Shown here: one piece after another, positions 1 through 9,966 of the stretch
Numbering within the stretch: position 1 is the stretch's first letter
How the letters are laid out: each line of letters opens with the position of its first letter
Assembly: GCA_016650415.1 (NCBI GenBank)
Contig: JAENVU010000469.1
Span: forward strand, 1 to 34,894
Origin: Acidimicrobiia bacterium
Lineage (GTDB): Bacteria; Actinomycetota; Acidimicrobiia; IMCC26256; JAENVU01
Reading direction: 5' to 3'
DNA: 34,894 bases
Notes under the pieces: generated by a model
Databases searched by the model: none
The model's input: only the letters and a program-made list of their open reading frames with translations
What the model was told of the DNA's origin: nothing
Program-made: the position numbers and the translations under genes

Positions 1-72
1 CTCGAGGTCCTCCCCGCCGACCTGGTGCGCGTCGAGCCGTTCGGTGGAGAACTCGAGTGGCCCGCAGATCAC
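1..72 (-). CDS. ribH: 6,7-dimethyl-8-ribityllumazine synthase, 5' end only (continues beyond window)
   Basis: A GTG at 72..70 overlaps the ribBA stop (GTGA). This is the expected last gene of the ribD-ribE-ribBA-ribH order. Only about 24 codons are visible, so the call rests on position alone. Confidence 0.35.
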   Translation of the reverse strand, partial: MICGPLEFSTERLDAHQVGGEDLE

Positions 73-1301
73 GCGGTGGTCTCGCTCTCGCTCCCCGCCT
101 CGTCCAGACCGAGGATGTGGCCCATCTTCTGTTGCTTCGTGCGCAGGTACGCGATGTTCTCGGAATTCGGCGCGATCGAGAGCGGCACGCGCTCGACGAT
201 CTCCAGGCCGAAGCCCTCGAGTCCGCCGTACTTGGCCGGGTTGTTGGTCATGACGCGCATGGTCGTGATCCCGAGATCGACGAGCACCTGCGAGCCGATG
301 CCGTACTCACGCGAGTCGGCCGGGAATCCCAGCTCCTCGTTGGCTTCCACGGTGTCCCGGCCCTGGTCCTGGAGGGTGTACGCCCGCAGCTTGTGTCCGA
401 GGCCGATGCCGCGCCCTTCGTGGCCGCGCAGGTACACGACGACCCCGCGCCCTTCGGCCGCGATCTGGGCCAGCGCGCCATCGAGTTGCAGGCCGCAGTC
501 GCAGCGCATCGAACCGAACACGTCACCGGTCAGGCATTCGCTGTGGACCCGGACGAGCACGTTCTCGTGCCCCGAGACGTCACCGCAGACGAACGCCATG
601 TGCTCCACCCCGTCGAGCAGGCTCTCGAAGACGTAGGCGGTGAAATCGCCGTGGCGCGTCGGGATCCGGGCTTCACTGACCCGCCGCACCAGCTTCTCCC
701 GGTGACGGCGGTAGCGGATGAGGTCCGCGATGGTGATCAGCTGCAGGCCGTGCTCGGCCGCGAACGCTTCGAGTTGGGGCAACCGGGCCATCGTGCCGTC
801 GTCGTTCACGACCTCGGCCAACACACCCGATTCACTCAAACCCGCAAGGCGGGAGAGGTCGACGGCCGCCTCCGTGTGACCGGCCCGCTTCAGCACTCCG
901 CCCTCGCGATACCGCAGTGGGAAGATGTGACCGGGCCGAGCGAAATCGGTGGCCTTCGATGCCGGATCGATCAGTTTCTTGATCGTCGTGGATCGGTCGG
1001 CCGCGGAGATACCGGTCGTCGTATCGGCCATGGCATCGACCGACACCGTGAACGCGGTGCGCTGCGATTCGGTGTTGTTGCTCACCATCAGCGGCAACTG
1101 CAGTTCGTCGAGGCGCTCCCCCATCATCGGCATGCAGATCACCCCGCTCGTGTAGCGCACGAAGAAGCTCATCGCCTCGGGCGTGATCTTGTCGGCCGCC
1201 ATGATGAGGTCGCCCTCGTTCTCGCGGTCTTCGTCGTCGACGACGATGACGATCTCGCCGCGACCGATCGCGGCGATCGCGTTTTCGATGTGGGTGAACA
1301 T
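69..1301 (-). CDS. ribBA: bifunctional 3,4-dihydroxy-2-butanone-4-phosphate synthase / GTP cyclohydrolase II
   Basis: 410 aa. The N-terminal DHBP synthase half has [13 protein letters not shown]. The C-terminal GCHII half has the zinc motif [18 protein letters not shown]. Confidence 0.95.
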   Translation of the reverse strand: MFTHIENAIAAIGRGEIVIVVDDEDRENEGDLIMAADKITPEAMSFFVRYTSGVICMPMMGERLDELQLPLMVSNNTESQRTAFTVSVDAMADTTTGISAADRSTTIKKLIDPASKATDFARPGHIFPLRYREGGVLKRAGHTEAAVDLSRLAGLSESGVLAEVVNDDGTMARLPQLEAFAAEHGLQLITIADLIRYRRHREKLVRRVSEARIPTRHGDFTAYVFESLLDGVEHMAFVCGDVSGHENVLVRVHSECLTGDVFGSMRCDCGLQLDGALAQIAAEGRGVVVYLRGHEGRGIGLGHKLRAYTLQDQGRDTVEANEELGFPADSREYGIGSQVLVDLGITTMRVMTNNPAKYGGLEGFGLEIVERVPLSIAPNSENIAYLRTKQQKMGHILGLDEAGSESETTA

Positions 1302-1304
1302 CGG

Positions 1305-1907
1305 TTACTCCCTGGTGGCGAGCAGACGCTCGACGTGTTTGGCGAGGATGTCGACCTCGACGTTGACGGGATCGCCCGGCCCCTTGTGGCCGAGCGTGGT
1401 GACACTGAGCGTGTGGGGAATCACGGCGACGTCGAGGGTGCCCTCGGAATCGTCGAAGGCGGCGACGGTGAGGCTGATGCCGTCGAGCGTGATCGAGCCC
1501 TTCTCCACGACGTAGCGCAAGAGTGATTCCGGGAGCGCGAAGCACATACGAACCGAACCGTCGGGCAGCGGGTCCCGGGTGGCGAGGTGACCGATGCCAT
1601 CGACGTGGCCTTGGACGATGTGACCGCCCAGACGATCCTCGACTCGCACCGGGCGTTCGAGGTTCACCGGGTCGCCCACGCGCATGGCGCCGAGACTCGT
1701 ACGGTCGAGGGTTTCGGTGACCGCATCCGCGGCCCACCACCCGGTACCGAGTTCGACGACGGTGAGACAGCAACCGTTCACCGCGATCGAGTCGCCGAGC
1801 TTGGCGTCGGTGGTCACGGTGGTGGCGTCGACCTCCAGCCTCGCCCCGCCGTCGTTGGGAGTGATCGTTCGCACCCGCCCGAGTTCTTCGACGATGCCGG
1901 TGAACAT
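1305..1907 (-). CDS. ribE: riboflavin synthase alpha chain
   Basis: 200 aa starting at [10 protein letters not shown], with an internal duplicated lumazine-binding repeat ([10 protein letters not shown]). The ATG at 1907 overlaps the ribD stop (ATGA). The 548-aa ORF in the track is an upstream over-extension. Confidence 0.93.
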   Translation of the reverse strand: MFTGIVEELGRVRTITPNDGGARLEVDATTVTTDAKLGDSIAVNGCCLTVVELGTGWWAADAVTETLDRTSLGAMRVGDPVNLERPVRVEDRLGGHIVQGHVDGIGHLATRDPLPDGSVRMCFALPESLLRYVVEKGSITLDGISLTVAAFDDSEGTLDVAVIPHTLSVTTLGHKGPGDPVNVEVDILAKHVERLLATRE

Positions 1908-3031
1908 CAGGCCGCCACCTCCGACCGCGCCAGGCGGTCGTAGGTGACCCGCACGTCGACCCCGATCGGTCGGACATCGGACACGTGCCAGCGCGGCGCA
2001 TCGGCCAGCGTGCTCGCCCCCGGATACGCGAGGACGGCACGTCCCTGCTCGCCGAGGATCACCGGCGCAACGTAGGTCATGATCCGATCGGCCAGGCCTT
2101 CCGCGACGAGGGCGCCATGCAGTTTCCCGCCACCCTCGACCATCGCCTGGAGCACACCTCGATCCGAGCCCAGGATGCGGAACACGGCCGGGAGATCCAC
2201 GCCCCGGCCCGAGATCCCGGGCGCCACGATTTCCACCTCGACACCGGCGCCGGCCCAGGCGGCGCGGGCCGCGCCGGGCGCGGCCGACGTCGTGAAGACC
2301 AACGTGGGCGCCAGGCTCGTGTCGAACAACGGCCCTTCGACCGGGACCGCGCCCTTCGCATCGAGCAACACCCGAAGCGGTTGGCCATTCGGCGGCACGG
2401 CCACATCGCGCACCGTCAGGCTCGGCCGATCCGCGCGAGCGGTCGCCGGCCCGACGATGATCGCCTGAGATTCGGCTCGCAGCCGGTGCGAATCCGCACG
2501 GGCCGCAGGACCGGTGATCCATTGCGAGGAGCCGTCGGCCGCCGACGTGCGACCGTCGAGGCTCATCGCGGTCTTGATCAACGAGAACGCCCGCCCGGTA
2601 CGGCGCTGATGGAGGTACGGAGCCAGCTGCTCCGACACCGTCGCCGCCCCCACGCCCACGAGCACCTCGATGCCCGCATCTCGCAGCCGTTCGTGACCCT
2701 TTCCGGCGACGGACGAATCGGGATCCTCGATGCCGGCAACGACGCGGGACACGCCCGCGGCCACGAGCGCCTCGGCGCAGGGCGGCGTCCGCCCGTGGTG
2801 GGCGCACGGTTCGAGCGTCACGTACGCGGTCGCACCGCGGACATCCCCGGCCCCGGCCAGCGCCTCGACTTCGGCGTGACGGCCGCCCGGTGGCTGGGAG
2901 GCCCCAGTCGCGAGGACCACGCCATCGCGCACCAACACGCATCCGACCCACGGGTTCGGCGCGGTCCGCAACCGCGCGACATCGGCCGCAGCAATCGCCT
3001 GGGCCATGAACTCGTCGTCGGTGGTCGTCAT
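1907..3031 (-). CDS. ribD: bifunctional riboflavin biosynthesis deaminase/reductase
   Basis: 374 aa from [13 protein letters not shown]. It has the cytidine-deaminase zinc motif HAEVEA...[12 protein letters not shown] and a C-terminal reductase half. The start at 3031 is preferred because GAGG lies 7 nt upstream and the riboswitch lies just before it. Confidence 0.93.
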   Translation of the reverse strand: MTTTDDEFMAQAIAAADVARLRTAPNPWVGCVLVRDGVVLATGASQPPGGRHAEVEALAGAGDVRGATAYVTLEPCAHHGRTPPCAEALVAAGVSRVVAGIEDPDSSVAGKGHERLRDAGIEVLVGVGAATVSEQLAPYLHQRRTGRAFSLIKTAMSLDGRTSAADGSSQWITGPAARADSHRLRAESQAIIVGPATARADRPSLTVRDVAVPPNGQPLRVLLDAKGAVPVEGPLFDTSLAPTLVFTTSAAPGAARAAWAGAGVEVEIVAPGISGRGVDLPAVFRILGSDRGVLQAMVEGGGKLHGALVAEGLADRIMTYVAPVILGEQGRAVLAYPGASTLADAPRWHVSDVRPIGVDVRVTYDRLARSEVAA

Positions 3032-3094
3032 CTGCGGGCCTCGTTTGCCCACGGGGTATGCCGACGGCACGCGCGGCGACGAGTGCCTTCCGAC

Positions 3095-3235
3095 GTCCTC
3101 TCCCATCCGGACTCTCACCGTCGGCTGAGGAATCTCACCTCATCGGCTCGTAGCTGGTGGCCACGAGTTCGCGGGCTCCCGCACAGCTCGTGTGCGGTTA
3201 CCGCCGGTCGGGACTTGCACCCATACCCCGAGGAC
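3095..3235 (-). promoter_or_regulatory. FMN riboswitch (RFN element) aptamer in the ribD leader
   Basis: The minus-strand RNA reads GUCCUCGGGGUAUGGGUGCAAGUCCCGACCGGCGGUAACC...GCGGGAGCCCGCGAAC...GAUGAGGUGAGAUUCCUCAGCCGACGGUGAGAGUCCGGAUGGGAGAGGAC. The P1 helix pairs GUCCUC with GAGGAC. The conserved RFN boxes are present (ACCGGCGGUAA, AGCCCGCGA, AGCCGACGGU.A.AGUCCGGAUGGGAGA). Confidence 0.9.
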
Positions 3236-3240
3236 TCTGT

Positions 3241-3299
3241 TTGAAATTGTGTGACCGCACTTTATCACGGTTCCGATCAAAAATGAAACGTGTTCTATT
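3241..3299 (-). promoter_or_regulatory. AT-rich island, probable promoter of the rib operon
   Basis: This is one of the very few AT-rich stretches in the window. The minus strand reads AATAGAACACGTTTCATTTTTGATCGGAACCGTGATAAAGTGCGGTCACACAATTTC. A TAAAGT (TANNNT) -10 candidate lies about 25 nt before the riboswitch P1 helix. The exact -35/-10 assignment is uncertain. Confidence 0.35.
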
Positions 3300-3695
3300 T
3301 CACTTGAGCTTGATCAAACCGGCTGCGGTCGGCCGGAATCCGCACGCATCCACATAGAAGGCCCGGTGCCGCGCGTCGAAGTCGGCGTGGAGCCACTCAC
3401 ACCCGCCGGCCCGCGCCTGGGCGACGGCGAAATCAATCAGCCGAGTCCCGACCCCGGTCCGCCGCGTGTCCGCCGCGACCATCGTGTCGATCAGGAACGC
3501 GTGGACACCGCCGTCCCCCACGACGTTGACGAACCCGACGAGCTCACGCCCATCCCGCGCGGTGACCCAGCCGACGCTGCGCGAAGCCAGACGCTCGTTC
3601 CACGGATCGGTCAGTAGGGCATGCTCGAAGGCATCGGCGTGCAGCGCATCGAGTTCGAAATCGGCCACGGCACCCCGCCATTCATACGTGATCAC
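3300..3695 (-). CDS. GNAT family N-acetyltransferase
   Basis: 131 aa, with an acetyl-CoA binding motif A-like segment RRTGVGTRLIDFAVAQAR and typical GNAT size and topology. The substrate is unknown. Confidence 0.75.
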   Translation of the reverse strand: MITYEWRGAVADFELDALHADAFEHALLTDPWNERLASRSVGWVTARDGRELVGFVNVVGDGGVHAFLIDTMVAADTRRTGVGTRLIDFAVAQARAGGCEWLHADFDARHRAFYVDACGFRPTAAGLIKLK

Positions 3696-3713
3696 CGACG
3701 AATCGTACCGAAA

Positions 3714-4196
3714 TCAGTGAGGACGACCACCGGCCAGCAGATCCAGCGCGTGGGGGACGACCGGCAGGATCACCTCGATCGCCTCGACCGCGCCACCGGA
3801 GCTTCCCGGGGTGTTCACGATCAGGCACGCGCCGATCGTTCCGGCCACCGCGCGCGACAGCATGCCGAACCCGCGCCCGCCTTCGTCACTCGCTCGCCGG
3901 ACGGCCTCGACCAGGCCCGGCGCCTCCCGCTCGATCACCGCACGGGTACCTTCGGGAGTGAGGTCACGAGGGCCGAAGCCCGTTCCACCGGTGGTCACGA
4001 TCAGACCCGCAAATCCGCGCGACAGGTTCCGTAACGCGTGCGCGACGTGGTCGACCCCGTCGGCGATCACCGCATGGTCGACGACGGTCGCGCCGACTGA
4101 TTCGAGTCGAGCGACGAGTGCGACGCCGGACTTGTCCTCCCGCGTGCCGGCGGCGACGCCGTCCGAGACGGTCAGCACCTTCGCCGCGAAGGTCAT
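3714..4196 (-). CDS. moaB: MoaB/MogA-family molybdopterin adenylyltransferase-like protein
   Basis: 160 aa from MTFAAKVLTVSDG, with the signature LIVTTGGTGFGPRD and NTPGSSGG. The ATG at 4196 overlaps the rpe stop (ATGA). The 294-aa ORF in the track is an over-extension. Confidence 0.85.
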   Translation of the reverse strand: MTFAAKVLTVSDGVAAGTREDKSGVALVARLESVGATVVDHAVIADGVDHVAHALRNLSRGFAGLIVTTGGTGFGPRDLTPEGTRAVIEREAPGLVEAVRRASDEGGRGFGMLSRAVAGTIGACLIVNTPGSSGGAVEAIEVILPVVPHALDLLAGGRPH

Positions 4197-4849
4197 CCCG
4201 CGCCCCACGCGGCCTCGCGGATCGCGCGTGCTGCCTGGGCCGGGTCGGGCTTGCCGAAGATGGCGCTCCCGGCCACCAGGATGTCGGCGCCCGCCGCGGC
4301 GGCGAGTGGTGCAGTCTCGAGGTTGATCCCACCATCGATCTCGAGCTCGACCGGCAACTTCCGCTCGTCGACGATCTCCCGGGCCGCCCGAACCTTGTCG
4401 AGGACCTCGGGCAGGAACGCCTGGCCACCGAAGCCAGGGTGCACGCTCATGAACAGGAGGATGTCGATCTCGTCGAGATAGGACACGACCGCATCGAAGG
4501 GCGTCTCCGGATTGAGCACCAACCCGACGCGCATGCCGTGCGCGCGCATCCGGTCGAACAACGGGCGCGGATCGCCGAGCTCCACGTGCACCGTGCAACT
4601 GTCGGCGCCGGCCGCAGCGAAATCATCGAGGAGATCACCCGGATTGTCGATCATCAGGTGACAGTCCAGGTAGAGGTCGGTCCGCGGGCGGAGGCACTTC
4701 ACCACCGGTGCGCCGATCGACAGGTTCGGAACGAAGTGACCGTCCATGACGTCGACGTGCAGGAGATCGGCCTCCGCGGCAACGCGGTCGACTTCCGCCG
4801 CCAGTTCCGAGAAGTCGCACGCGAGGATCGAGGGCGCAATCTTTCCCAT
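4193..4849 (-). CDS. rpe: ribulose-phosphate 3-epimerase
   Basis: 218 aa, with ILACDF, HVDVMDGHFVPN and VHPGFGGQ motifs. Confidence 0.95.
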   Translation of the reverse strand: MGKIAPSILACDFSELAAEVDRVAAEADLLHVDVMDGHFVPNLSIGAPVVKCLRPRTDLYLDCHLMIDNPGDLLDDFAAAGADSCTVHVELGDPRPLFDRMRAHGMRVGLVLNPETPFDAVVSYLDEIDILLFMSVHPGFGGQAFLPEVLDKVRAAREIVDERKLPVELEIDGGINLETAPLAAAAGADILVAGSAIFGKPDPAQAARAIREAAWGAG

Positions 4850-4858
4850 CGCCTGACC

Positions 4859-6160
4859 CTATAGGGGACAACGCAACGACAGGATGTACATGCCGTCGGT
4901 GCCGGCGGCGCTGGGCAGGAGGCGAGCCCCGCGGCCGACCGGTGCCCATGGTGCCGACGGAGGCGGGAGCGATTCCCAGCCGGGAAGCGCGGTCACGGCC
5001 CACTCGTCCACCGCGACCGTCTCCGCCCGAGTGAGCGTGCACACCGAATAGACGAGCACCCCACCGGGGCGCACCACCCGACTCGCGGCTTCGAGCAACA
5101 ACGGCTGGATCCGAGCCAGCTGATCGATCGTTGCGGGCTCGAGTCGCCAGCGCGCTTCCGGACGACGCCGCAACACCCCGAGACCGCTGCACGGTGCATC
5201 GACGAGCACCCGATCGAAGCTCCCCCCACGGAAGGGCAGCTCCATCCCGTCGGCCACGATCGGTGTCACCGAGTTCAAGCCCAGGCGGTCGGCGCCCTCG
5301 CCGACCATACGGGTCCGGGCCACGTTGCGGTCGAGGCCGACCACGAGACCGTCGTCGCCCATCGCCTCCGCGAGGGCACTGGTCTTGCCGCCCGGTGCGG
5401 CTCCGACTTCGAGGATCCGCTCACCGGGTTGCGCACCGACCAACTGCGCGACGGCGTGGCTCGCCTGATCCTGCGGTGTCGCACGCCCGTCGCGCACGGC
5501 GGGCAACGCGCGGATGTCACCGGTACCGGTCACGAGGAGGTCGTCGGCAAGGAGCGCGCCGCGGACGACCGCGATTCCCGCCTCCACCAACTCCTGCTCC
5601 ACCGCGTCGGGTGTCGCTCGCTGCCGATTCACCCGTAGGGTCACGACCCCGGGCTCGTTGACCGCGGCGAGTGCCGCGGCGGTGTCGACGGCCCCGAGAT
5701 CCGCGACCAACCGATCGACGATCCAGTTCGGCATCGAGGCCCGGGTCGCAATGGACTCGACATCCTCGCCGGTGGGCAACGACCACGGCGGCCCGGATCG
5801 CGAGAACTTGCGGAGGACCGCGTTCACGAACCCCTTGGCGCGCGGCGACACCTTGCCCATCGCCGCGACGGTCTCCCCGACCGCCGCGTGGGCGGCGATG
5901 CCGTGCGTGAGTTGATAGGCGCCGAGCCGCAAACCGGCGCGCACCGGCGGATCGAGTTTGGCAAGGGGCCGATCGAGACAGGGCCCCAGCTGGTAGTCGA
6001 GCGCCCGTTGCATCCGAACCGTCCCGTAGACCCACTCCGTCACCTGGGCACGGTCCCGGGCGGGCAGGTCGCTCGCGCGCAGCAACGCGGGCAGCACGAC
6101 GTTGGCATAGGCGCCGTCTTCGATCCGGACAAGCGCCCGGATGGCGAGCGTGCGACTCAT
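4859..6160 (-). CDS. rsmB: 16S rRNA (cytosine967-C5)-methyltransferase
   Basis: 433 aa from MSRTLAIRAL. It has an N-terminal NusB-like domain, SAM-binding ILEVGAAPGGKT, and the catalytic motifs DAPCSGLGVLRRRPE and VYSVCT. The ATG at 6160 overlaps the fmt stop (ATGA). Confidence 0.92.
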   Translation of the reverse strand: MSRTLAIRALVRIEDGAYANVVLPALLRASDLPARDRAQVTEWVYGTVRMQRALDYQLGPCLDRPLAKLDPPVRAGLRLGAYQLTHGIAAHAAVGETVAAMGKVSPRAKGFVNAVLRKFSRSGPPWSLPTGEDVESIATRASMPNWIVDRLVADLGAVDTAAALAAVNEPGVVTLRVNRQRATPDAVEQELVEAGIAVVRGALLADDLLVTGTGDIRALPAVRDGRATPQDQASHAVAQLVGAQPGERILEVGAAPGGKTSALAEAMGDDGLVVGLDRNVARTRMVGEGADRLGLNSVTPIVADGMELPFRGGSFDRVLVDAPCSGLGVLRRRPEARWRLEPATIDQLARIQPLLLEAASRVVRPGGVLVYSVCTLTRAETVAVDEWAVTALPGWESLPPPSAPWAPVGRGARLLPSAAGTDGMYILSLRCPL

Positions 6161-6993
6161 GCGAACGGATCCGCGTCGCGATGACCGGTCCGCCATGCGG
6201 TGTAGGCCATCCGCGCCTTGCCGGCCGGTTGGATCTCGTCGGGAACGAAGCGATCGCCCTCGACATGAGCCGTCCAGACCTTGCACCGCGCTCCCGCGAT
6301 CTCGAGCCAGGCTCCGGGCCGCGGGTTGGCCGCGCGCACGAGACGGACGAGCTCGGCCGGCGGCCGGTTCAGGTCGAGTTCGAACTCGTCGACCGTCAAC
6401 TTCTCGGCGTACACGGCGTCGCCACGCTGCGGCTCCGGTTCGACCTCGGCCACGCGCGGGACGGTCCGGACGAGCAGCTCCGTGCCGGCCGCCGCCAGCC
6501 GTCCGTGCAGCTCGCCCGCGGTCTCCGTGGGCGCGATCGTCAGCACCTCGCGGGCATAGACGGGGCCGGCGTCGAGCGCGAGTTCCACCCCCATGATGCA
6601 GACTCCGGTTTCCCTGTCGTCGGCGAGAATCGCCCGTTCGACCGGTGCGGCGCCGCGCCAGCGCGGCAACAACGAAAAATGCACGTTGACCAGGCCCCCC
6701 GGAATCGCGTCGAGCAGTGCCTGGGGCAGGAGCTGTCCGAATGCGACGACGACGCCGAGGTCGGCCTGGAGGGCCCGGACCTCGTCCACGATCTCGCCCG
6801 ACTTCTCCGGCGTCACGATGGGCAGACCCAGTGCCTCCGCCGCCGCCTTGACCGGGCTCGGGACGAGTCCGGACCCGCGACCGCGCCGGCGATCCGGTTG
6901 TGTGACCACCAACGCGATCTCGTGGCCCGCGGCGGCGAGCGCTTCGAGGGGCGGGACCGCGGCCGCGGGCGTGCCGAAGTAGACGAGCTTCAA
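6157..6993 (-). CDS. fmt: methionyl-tRNA formyltransferase
   Basis: 278 aa, with MKLVYFGTP, VVTQPDRRRGRG and HFSLLPRWRGAAP. It is shorter than the roughly 310 aa I recall for typical Fmt, so the C-terminal domain may be reduced. Confidence 0.92.
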   Translation of the reverse strand: MKLVYFGTPAAAVPPLEALAAAGHEIALVVTQPDRRRGRGSGLVPSPVKAAAEALGLPIVTPEKSGEIVDEVRALQADLGVVVAFGQLLPQALLDAIPGGLVNVHFSLLPRWRGAAPVERAILADDRETGVCIMGVELALDAGPVYAREVLTIAPTETAGELHGRLAAAGTELLVRTVPRVAEVEPEPQRGDAVYAEKLTVDEFELDLNRPPAELVRLVRAANPRPGAWLEIAGARCKVWTAHVEGDRFVPDEIQPAGKARMAYTAWRTGHRDADPFA

Positions 6994-6997
6994 GACC

Positions 6998-7528
6998 TCA
7001 GAGCTGCCGGACGTCGGCGACGCGTTCTCGGGCCGCGGCGTTCAGGTCGACGTCGCGGAGTTCGCGGAGGGCACGTTTGCGTTCATCGGGGTCGAGTCGG
7101 TCGAGCATCAACACGCCGTCGAGATGGTCGAGTTCGTGGAGGAAGACGCGGCCGAGCAATTCCTCACCCTGGAGGGTCGTCGGGTTGCCGTCGATGTCGA
7201 TGCCGGTGATCGTCACCAGATTCGGTCGGACGATCTCGAAATGGAAACCCGGAATCGACAAGCAGCCCTCTTCGTAGGTCCACTCCCCCTCGGCCTCGGC
7301 CACCTCCGGGTTGAAGATCACCTGCGGCCCTTCACCCACGTCGTAGGTGAACATCCGCTTCTGGACCCCGACCTGGGGCGCGGCGAGCCCGACCCCGGCC
7401 GCCTCGTACATCGTCTCGACCATCGTGTTCACGACACCGACGAGCGCGCCGTCGATCTCGGTCACGTCCTTCGCGCGCTGTTTGAGTACGGGGTCGCCAA
7501 ACACCCTGATCGAATAACCGGCCATCAA
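6998..7528 (-). CDS. def: peptide deformylase
   Basis: 176 aa with all three motifs: GVGLAAPQVG, EGCLSIPG and HELDHLDG. Confidence 0.96.
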   Translation of the reverse strand: MMAGYSIRVFGDPVLKQRAKDVTEIDGALVGVVNTMVETMYEAAGVGLAAPQVGVQKRMFTYDVGEGPQVIFNPEVAEAEGEWTYEEGCLSIPGFHFEIVRPNLVTITGIDIDGNPTTLQGEELLGRVFLHELDHLDGVLMLDRLDPDERKRALRELRDVDLNAAARERVADVRQL

Positions 7529-7654
7529 ATTGCTCGTTCGATCGCCGTCTCGGTACTCGCGTGCCGACGTGGGCTCGCTGCCTCGCGGCTCGCCTCCGCA
7601 GGCTCCGGCTCGGGTCTCTGGGCGCTCGACATCTGTCCGAGGTTACCGGGCGGG

Positions 7655-9949
7655 CTACTCGTAGCGGCGGCCGAGGTCTCGGAGCATGTCGACGAGATGC
7701 ACCGGTGCGTCGGGCGCGGGTTCGCCGGGGGTGTAGGTGGCGGCCCGGAGCGTGCCGGAATACGGGAACGGTCCGAACTGCTCGTACAGCTCCCAGGACA
7801 CCGGCGAGCGTCGGTCGATGCCCACGTCGATCCCTTGGAACGGAGCGATACCGAACAGCATCGGGAGTCTCTCGTGCTCCGCGCGCCGCTCACCGTCGAT
7901 CGAGATGGTGACGTTCCACAACCGATCGCCGGGGGCAGTGAACTCGACGGTGACCTGTTGTGCGCCGGCAGGCATCGGCCCCGCATTCACGTGCGTCATG
8001 TGTCCTCGCCCGTCGTTGTGGGCGAGCACCAACTCACCCAGGCGGACGTACAGCACGTACCCCGACCCCTGATCACCGTGGGCGACCAACACGCCCTCGT
8101 CCGCGGAGTCATGGTCGAGGTCGACGGTGATCGTGAACCCCCGAAACCAGATCAACTGCACCGAGCGCCACCGTTCGAGGGTGGGCGTCCCGCGCGGTAT
8201 TCGCACCGGCTTCGCGTAGACCAGATCCCGCTCCGGCCGCGTGACGTACTTCACGCTGGCACCCTCGTCGAGCGGGTAGATGTGGTTCTCCCACGCGGCG
8301 TTCTCCCACGCCTCGGTGAGCTCGGCGAGTTTCTCCGGGTGCGTGGCCGCGAGGTCATGCAGCTCCGTGGGGTCCTCGTCGAGGTGGTACAGCTCCCACT
8401 CCTCGTCGGTGAAGGAGGTCATCCCCTGGTGCAGCGTCACCGCATGCCAACCGTCGCGGTAGTAGCCCCGATGACCGTTCATCTCCACCACGTGCTCGCG
8501 GTGCGTACTCGGCGCGTCGGCGTCGTTGAGCACGCCGGTAAAACTCGCGCCCCGGAGGTCGACGAGCGGAACGCCGTGACGTTCCGCGGGCCGGTCGACA
8601 CCGACCACCTCGAGGAACGTGGGCAGAAGATCGGTCACGTGTTGGTACTGACGGCGGTACTCGCCGCGCGCGTCGATGCCCTCGGGCCACGACACGATGA
8701 ACGGCACCGAATGACCGCCCTGGTGGGTATTGATCTTGTAGAGCCGGAACGGAGTGTTCGACGCCATCGACCAACCGCGCGGGTAATGCGGCGTCGTCGT
8801 CGGGCCGCCGATCTCGTCGAGGCGAGCGAGGTCGGCGTCGATGTCGTCGCCCTGGAGCAGGTGCACGTAGTAGGCGGTCGTGCCGCACACCTCGCCCTCG
8901 CGGGAGGCGCCGTTGTCGGAGGTGAACACGAAGATTGTGTTGTCGAGTTCTCCGAGATCGTCGAGCGCGTCGACGAGCCGGCCCATGTTCTGGTCGACGT
9001 TGTCGACCATCGCCGCGTAGACCTCCATGTGGCGGGCGAAGAGCCGTTGCTCGTCGGCCGAGAGGTCGTCCCACGGGCGAACGTCGTGCTCGTTTTCGGT
9101 GTTGCGCGGCGCGAGTTCGACGCCGGGCGGAACAATCCCCATCTCCTGCTGTCTCGCGAATCGTTCCGAACGGAGGGCATCCCATCCGGCGTCGTAGCGA
9201 CCGCGGTACTTCTCGATGTCTTCGGGTTTCGCGTGGAGTGGCGCGTGGACCGCACCGTGGGCGAGGTAGAGGAAGAACGGGCGCTCCGGGTTCGCGGTCT
9301 TCTGCGAGCGCACCATCGAGATCGCATGATCGGTGATGTCGTCGGTGAAGTAGTAGTCGTCCGGGTACCGGTCGATCTCGACCTGATGGTTGTCCTGGAC
9401 GAGCCGGTGAGGCTGATGCAGGTTCGTGAACGCATCGATGACGCCGTAGTACCGGTCGAAGCCGCGCTGGCACGGCCAGGAGTGACGTGGGCCCTCGGCC
9501 CCGTCGGAATCCTTGGCCAGGTGCCACTTGCCGACCATCATCGTGGCGTAGCCCGCTTCGTCTCGCAGGATCTCGGCCATGGTCATCACATCCGGCGCCA
9601 ACTCCGAGGCATACCCGGGGAAGCCCGGGTCGACATGAGCGACGGTTCCCACTCCCGCCCGGTGCGGCTCGACACCGGTCAGGAGCGCCGCCCGGGTGGG
9701 TGAGCACATCGGCGTGACGTGAAAGTTCGTCGCCCGGAACCCCCGCTGAGCCAGTGCATCCAGGTTCGGCGTGTCGATCTCGCTGCCGTAACACCCCAGG
9801 TCTGCGTACCCGAGGTCGTCGGCCAGCACGATCACGATGTTCGGCGCACCCACGCGCGCCTGGGGCCGATTCGGCCATGACCCCTCCGACCCTGCGAACG
9901 TGCGCGTGATCGTGCCGTCGAACCCGGGGTACGTCCGTGATGCAGTCAT
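7655..9949 (-). CDS. Cys-type arylsulfatase (AtsA-like, long form with C-terminal beta domain)
   Basis: 764 aa. It has the metal site [15 protein letters not shown] and the formylglycine signature C-S-P-T-R in [13 protein letters not shown]. There is no obvious signal peptide. The roughly 250-aa C-terminal extension is typical of long actinobacterial AtsA-type enzymes. Confidence 0.9.
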   Translation of the reverse strand: MTASRTYPGFDGTITRTFAGSEGSWPNRPQARVGAPNIVIVLADDLGYADLGCYGSEIDTPNLDALAQRGFRATNFHVTPMCSPTRAALLTGVEPHRAGVGTVAHVDPGFPGYASELAPDVMTMAEILRDEAGYATMMVGKWHLAKDSDGAEGPRHSWPCQRGFDRYYGVIDAFTNLHQPHRLVQDNHQVEIDRYPDDYYFTDDITDHAISMVRSQKTANPERPFFLYLAHGAVHAPLHAKPEDIEKYRGRYDAGWDALRSERFARQQEMGIVPPGVELAPRNTENEHDVRPWDDLSADEQRLFARHMEVYAAMVDNVDQNMGRLVDALDDLGELDNTIFVFTSDNGASREGEVCGTTAYYVHLLQGDDIDADLARLDEIGGPTTTPHYPRGWSMASNTPFRLYKINTHQGGHSVPFIVSWPEGIDARGEYRRQYQHVTDLLPTFLEVVGVDRPAERHGVPLVDLRGASFTGVLNDADAPSTHREHVVEMNGHRGYYRDGWHAVTLHQGMTSFTDEEWELYHLDEDPTELHDLAATHPEKLAELTEAWENAAWENHIYPLDEGASVKYVTRPERDLVYAKPVRIPRGTPTLERWRSVQLIWFRGFTITVDLDHDSADEGVLVAHGDQGSGYVLYVRLGELVLAHNDGRGHMTHVNAGPMPAGAQQVTVEFTAPGDRLWNVTISIDGERRAEHERLPMLFGIAPFQGIDVGIDRRSPVSWELYEQFGPFPYSGTLRAATYTPGEPAPDAPVHLVDMLRDLGRRYE

Positions 9950-9966
9950 GACTCGGATCGTGCCAC

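Noticed and set aside
57-1526. 489-aa plus-strand ORF antisense to ribBA/ribE
   Set aside because: It is a mirror-frame ORF typical of high-GC DNA. Its composition is Arg/Gly/Ala/Asp-rich with no recognisable motifs, and it fully overlaps two well-supported minus-strand genes.
832-2040. 402-aa minus-strand ORF out of frame with ribBA/ribE, plus similar Arg/Pro-rich alternative-frame ORFs across the window (e.g. 8355..10190, 14707..15963, 30112..31773)
   Set aside because: The translations are extremely Arg/Pro/Gly-rich, which is characteristic of an off-frame reading of GC3-biased genes. Each overlaps a gene with strong motifs.
1305-2951. N-terminal over-extensions of real genes in the ORF track (ribE 548 aa, pepQ 612 aa, carA 442 aa, aroB 463 aa, DUF2017 246 aa, moaB 294 aa, rsmB 475 aa)
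   Set aside because: The extended parts overlap the upstream gene in another frame and are Arg-rich. The shorter starts coincide with ATGA/GTGA coupling junctions and give normal protein lengths.
3157-3357. 66-aa plus-strand ORF in the ribD upstream region
   Set aside because: It lies antisense to the FMN riboswitch and the AT-rich promoter island. It has no SD and no conserved features.
7529-7654. 126-nt sulfatase-def spacer examined for a tRNA/sRNA or terminator
   Set aside because: It has no cloverleaf or T-loop consensus and no stem followed by a U-tract. I saw only loose GAGCC repeats, so nothing I could support.
7124-9703. 859-aa plus-strand ORF antisense to def and the sulfatase
   Set aside because: It is a stop-poor antisense frame in GC-rich coding DNA. 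It has no motifs, and the opposite strand carries clear def and sulfatase signatures.
7655-9949. The sulfatase as a horizontally acquired or mobile island
   Set aside because: It has no integrase, transposase, flanking direct repeats or tRNA target, and no visible compositional break.
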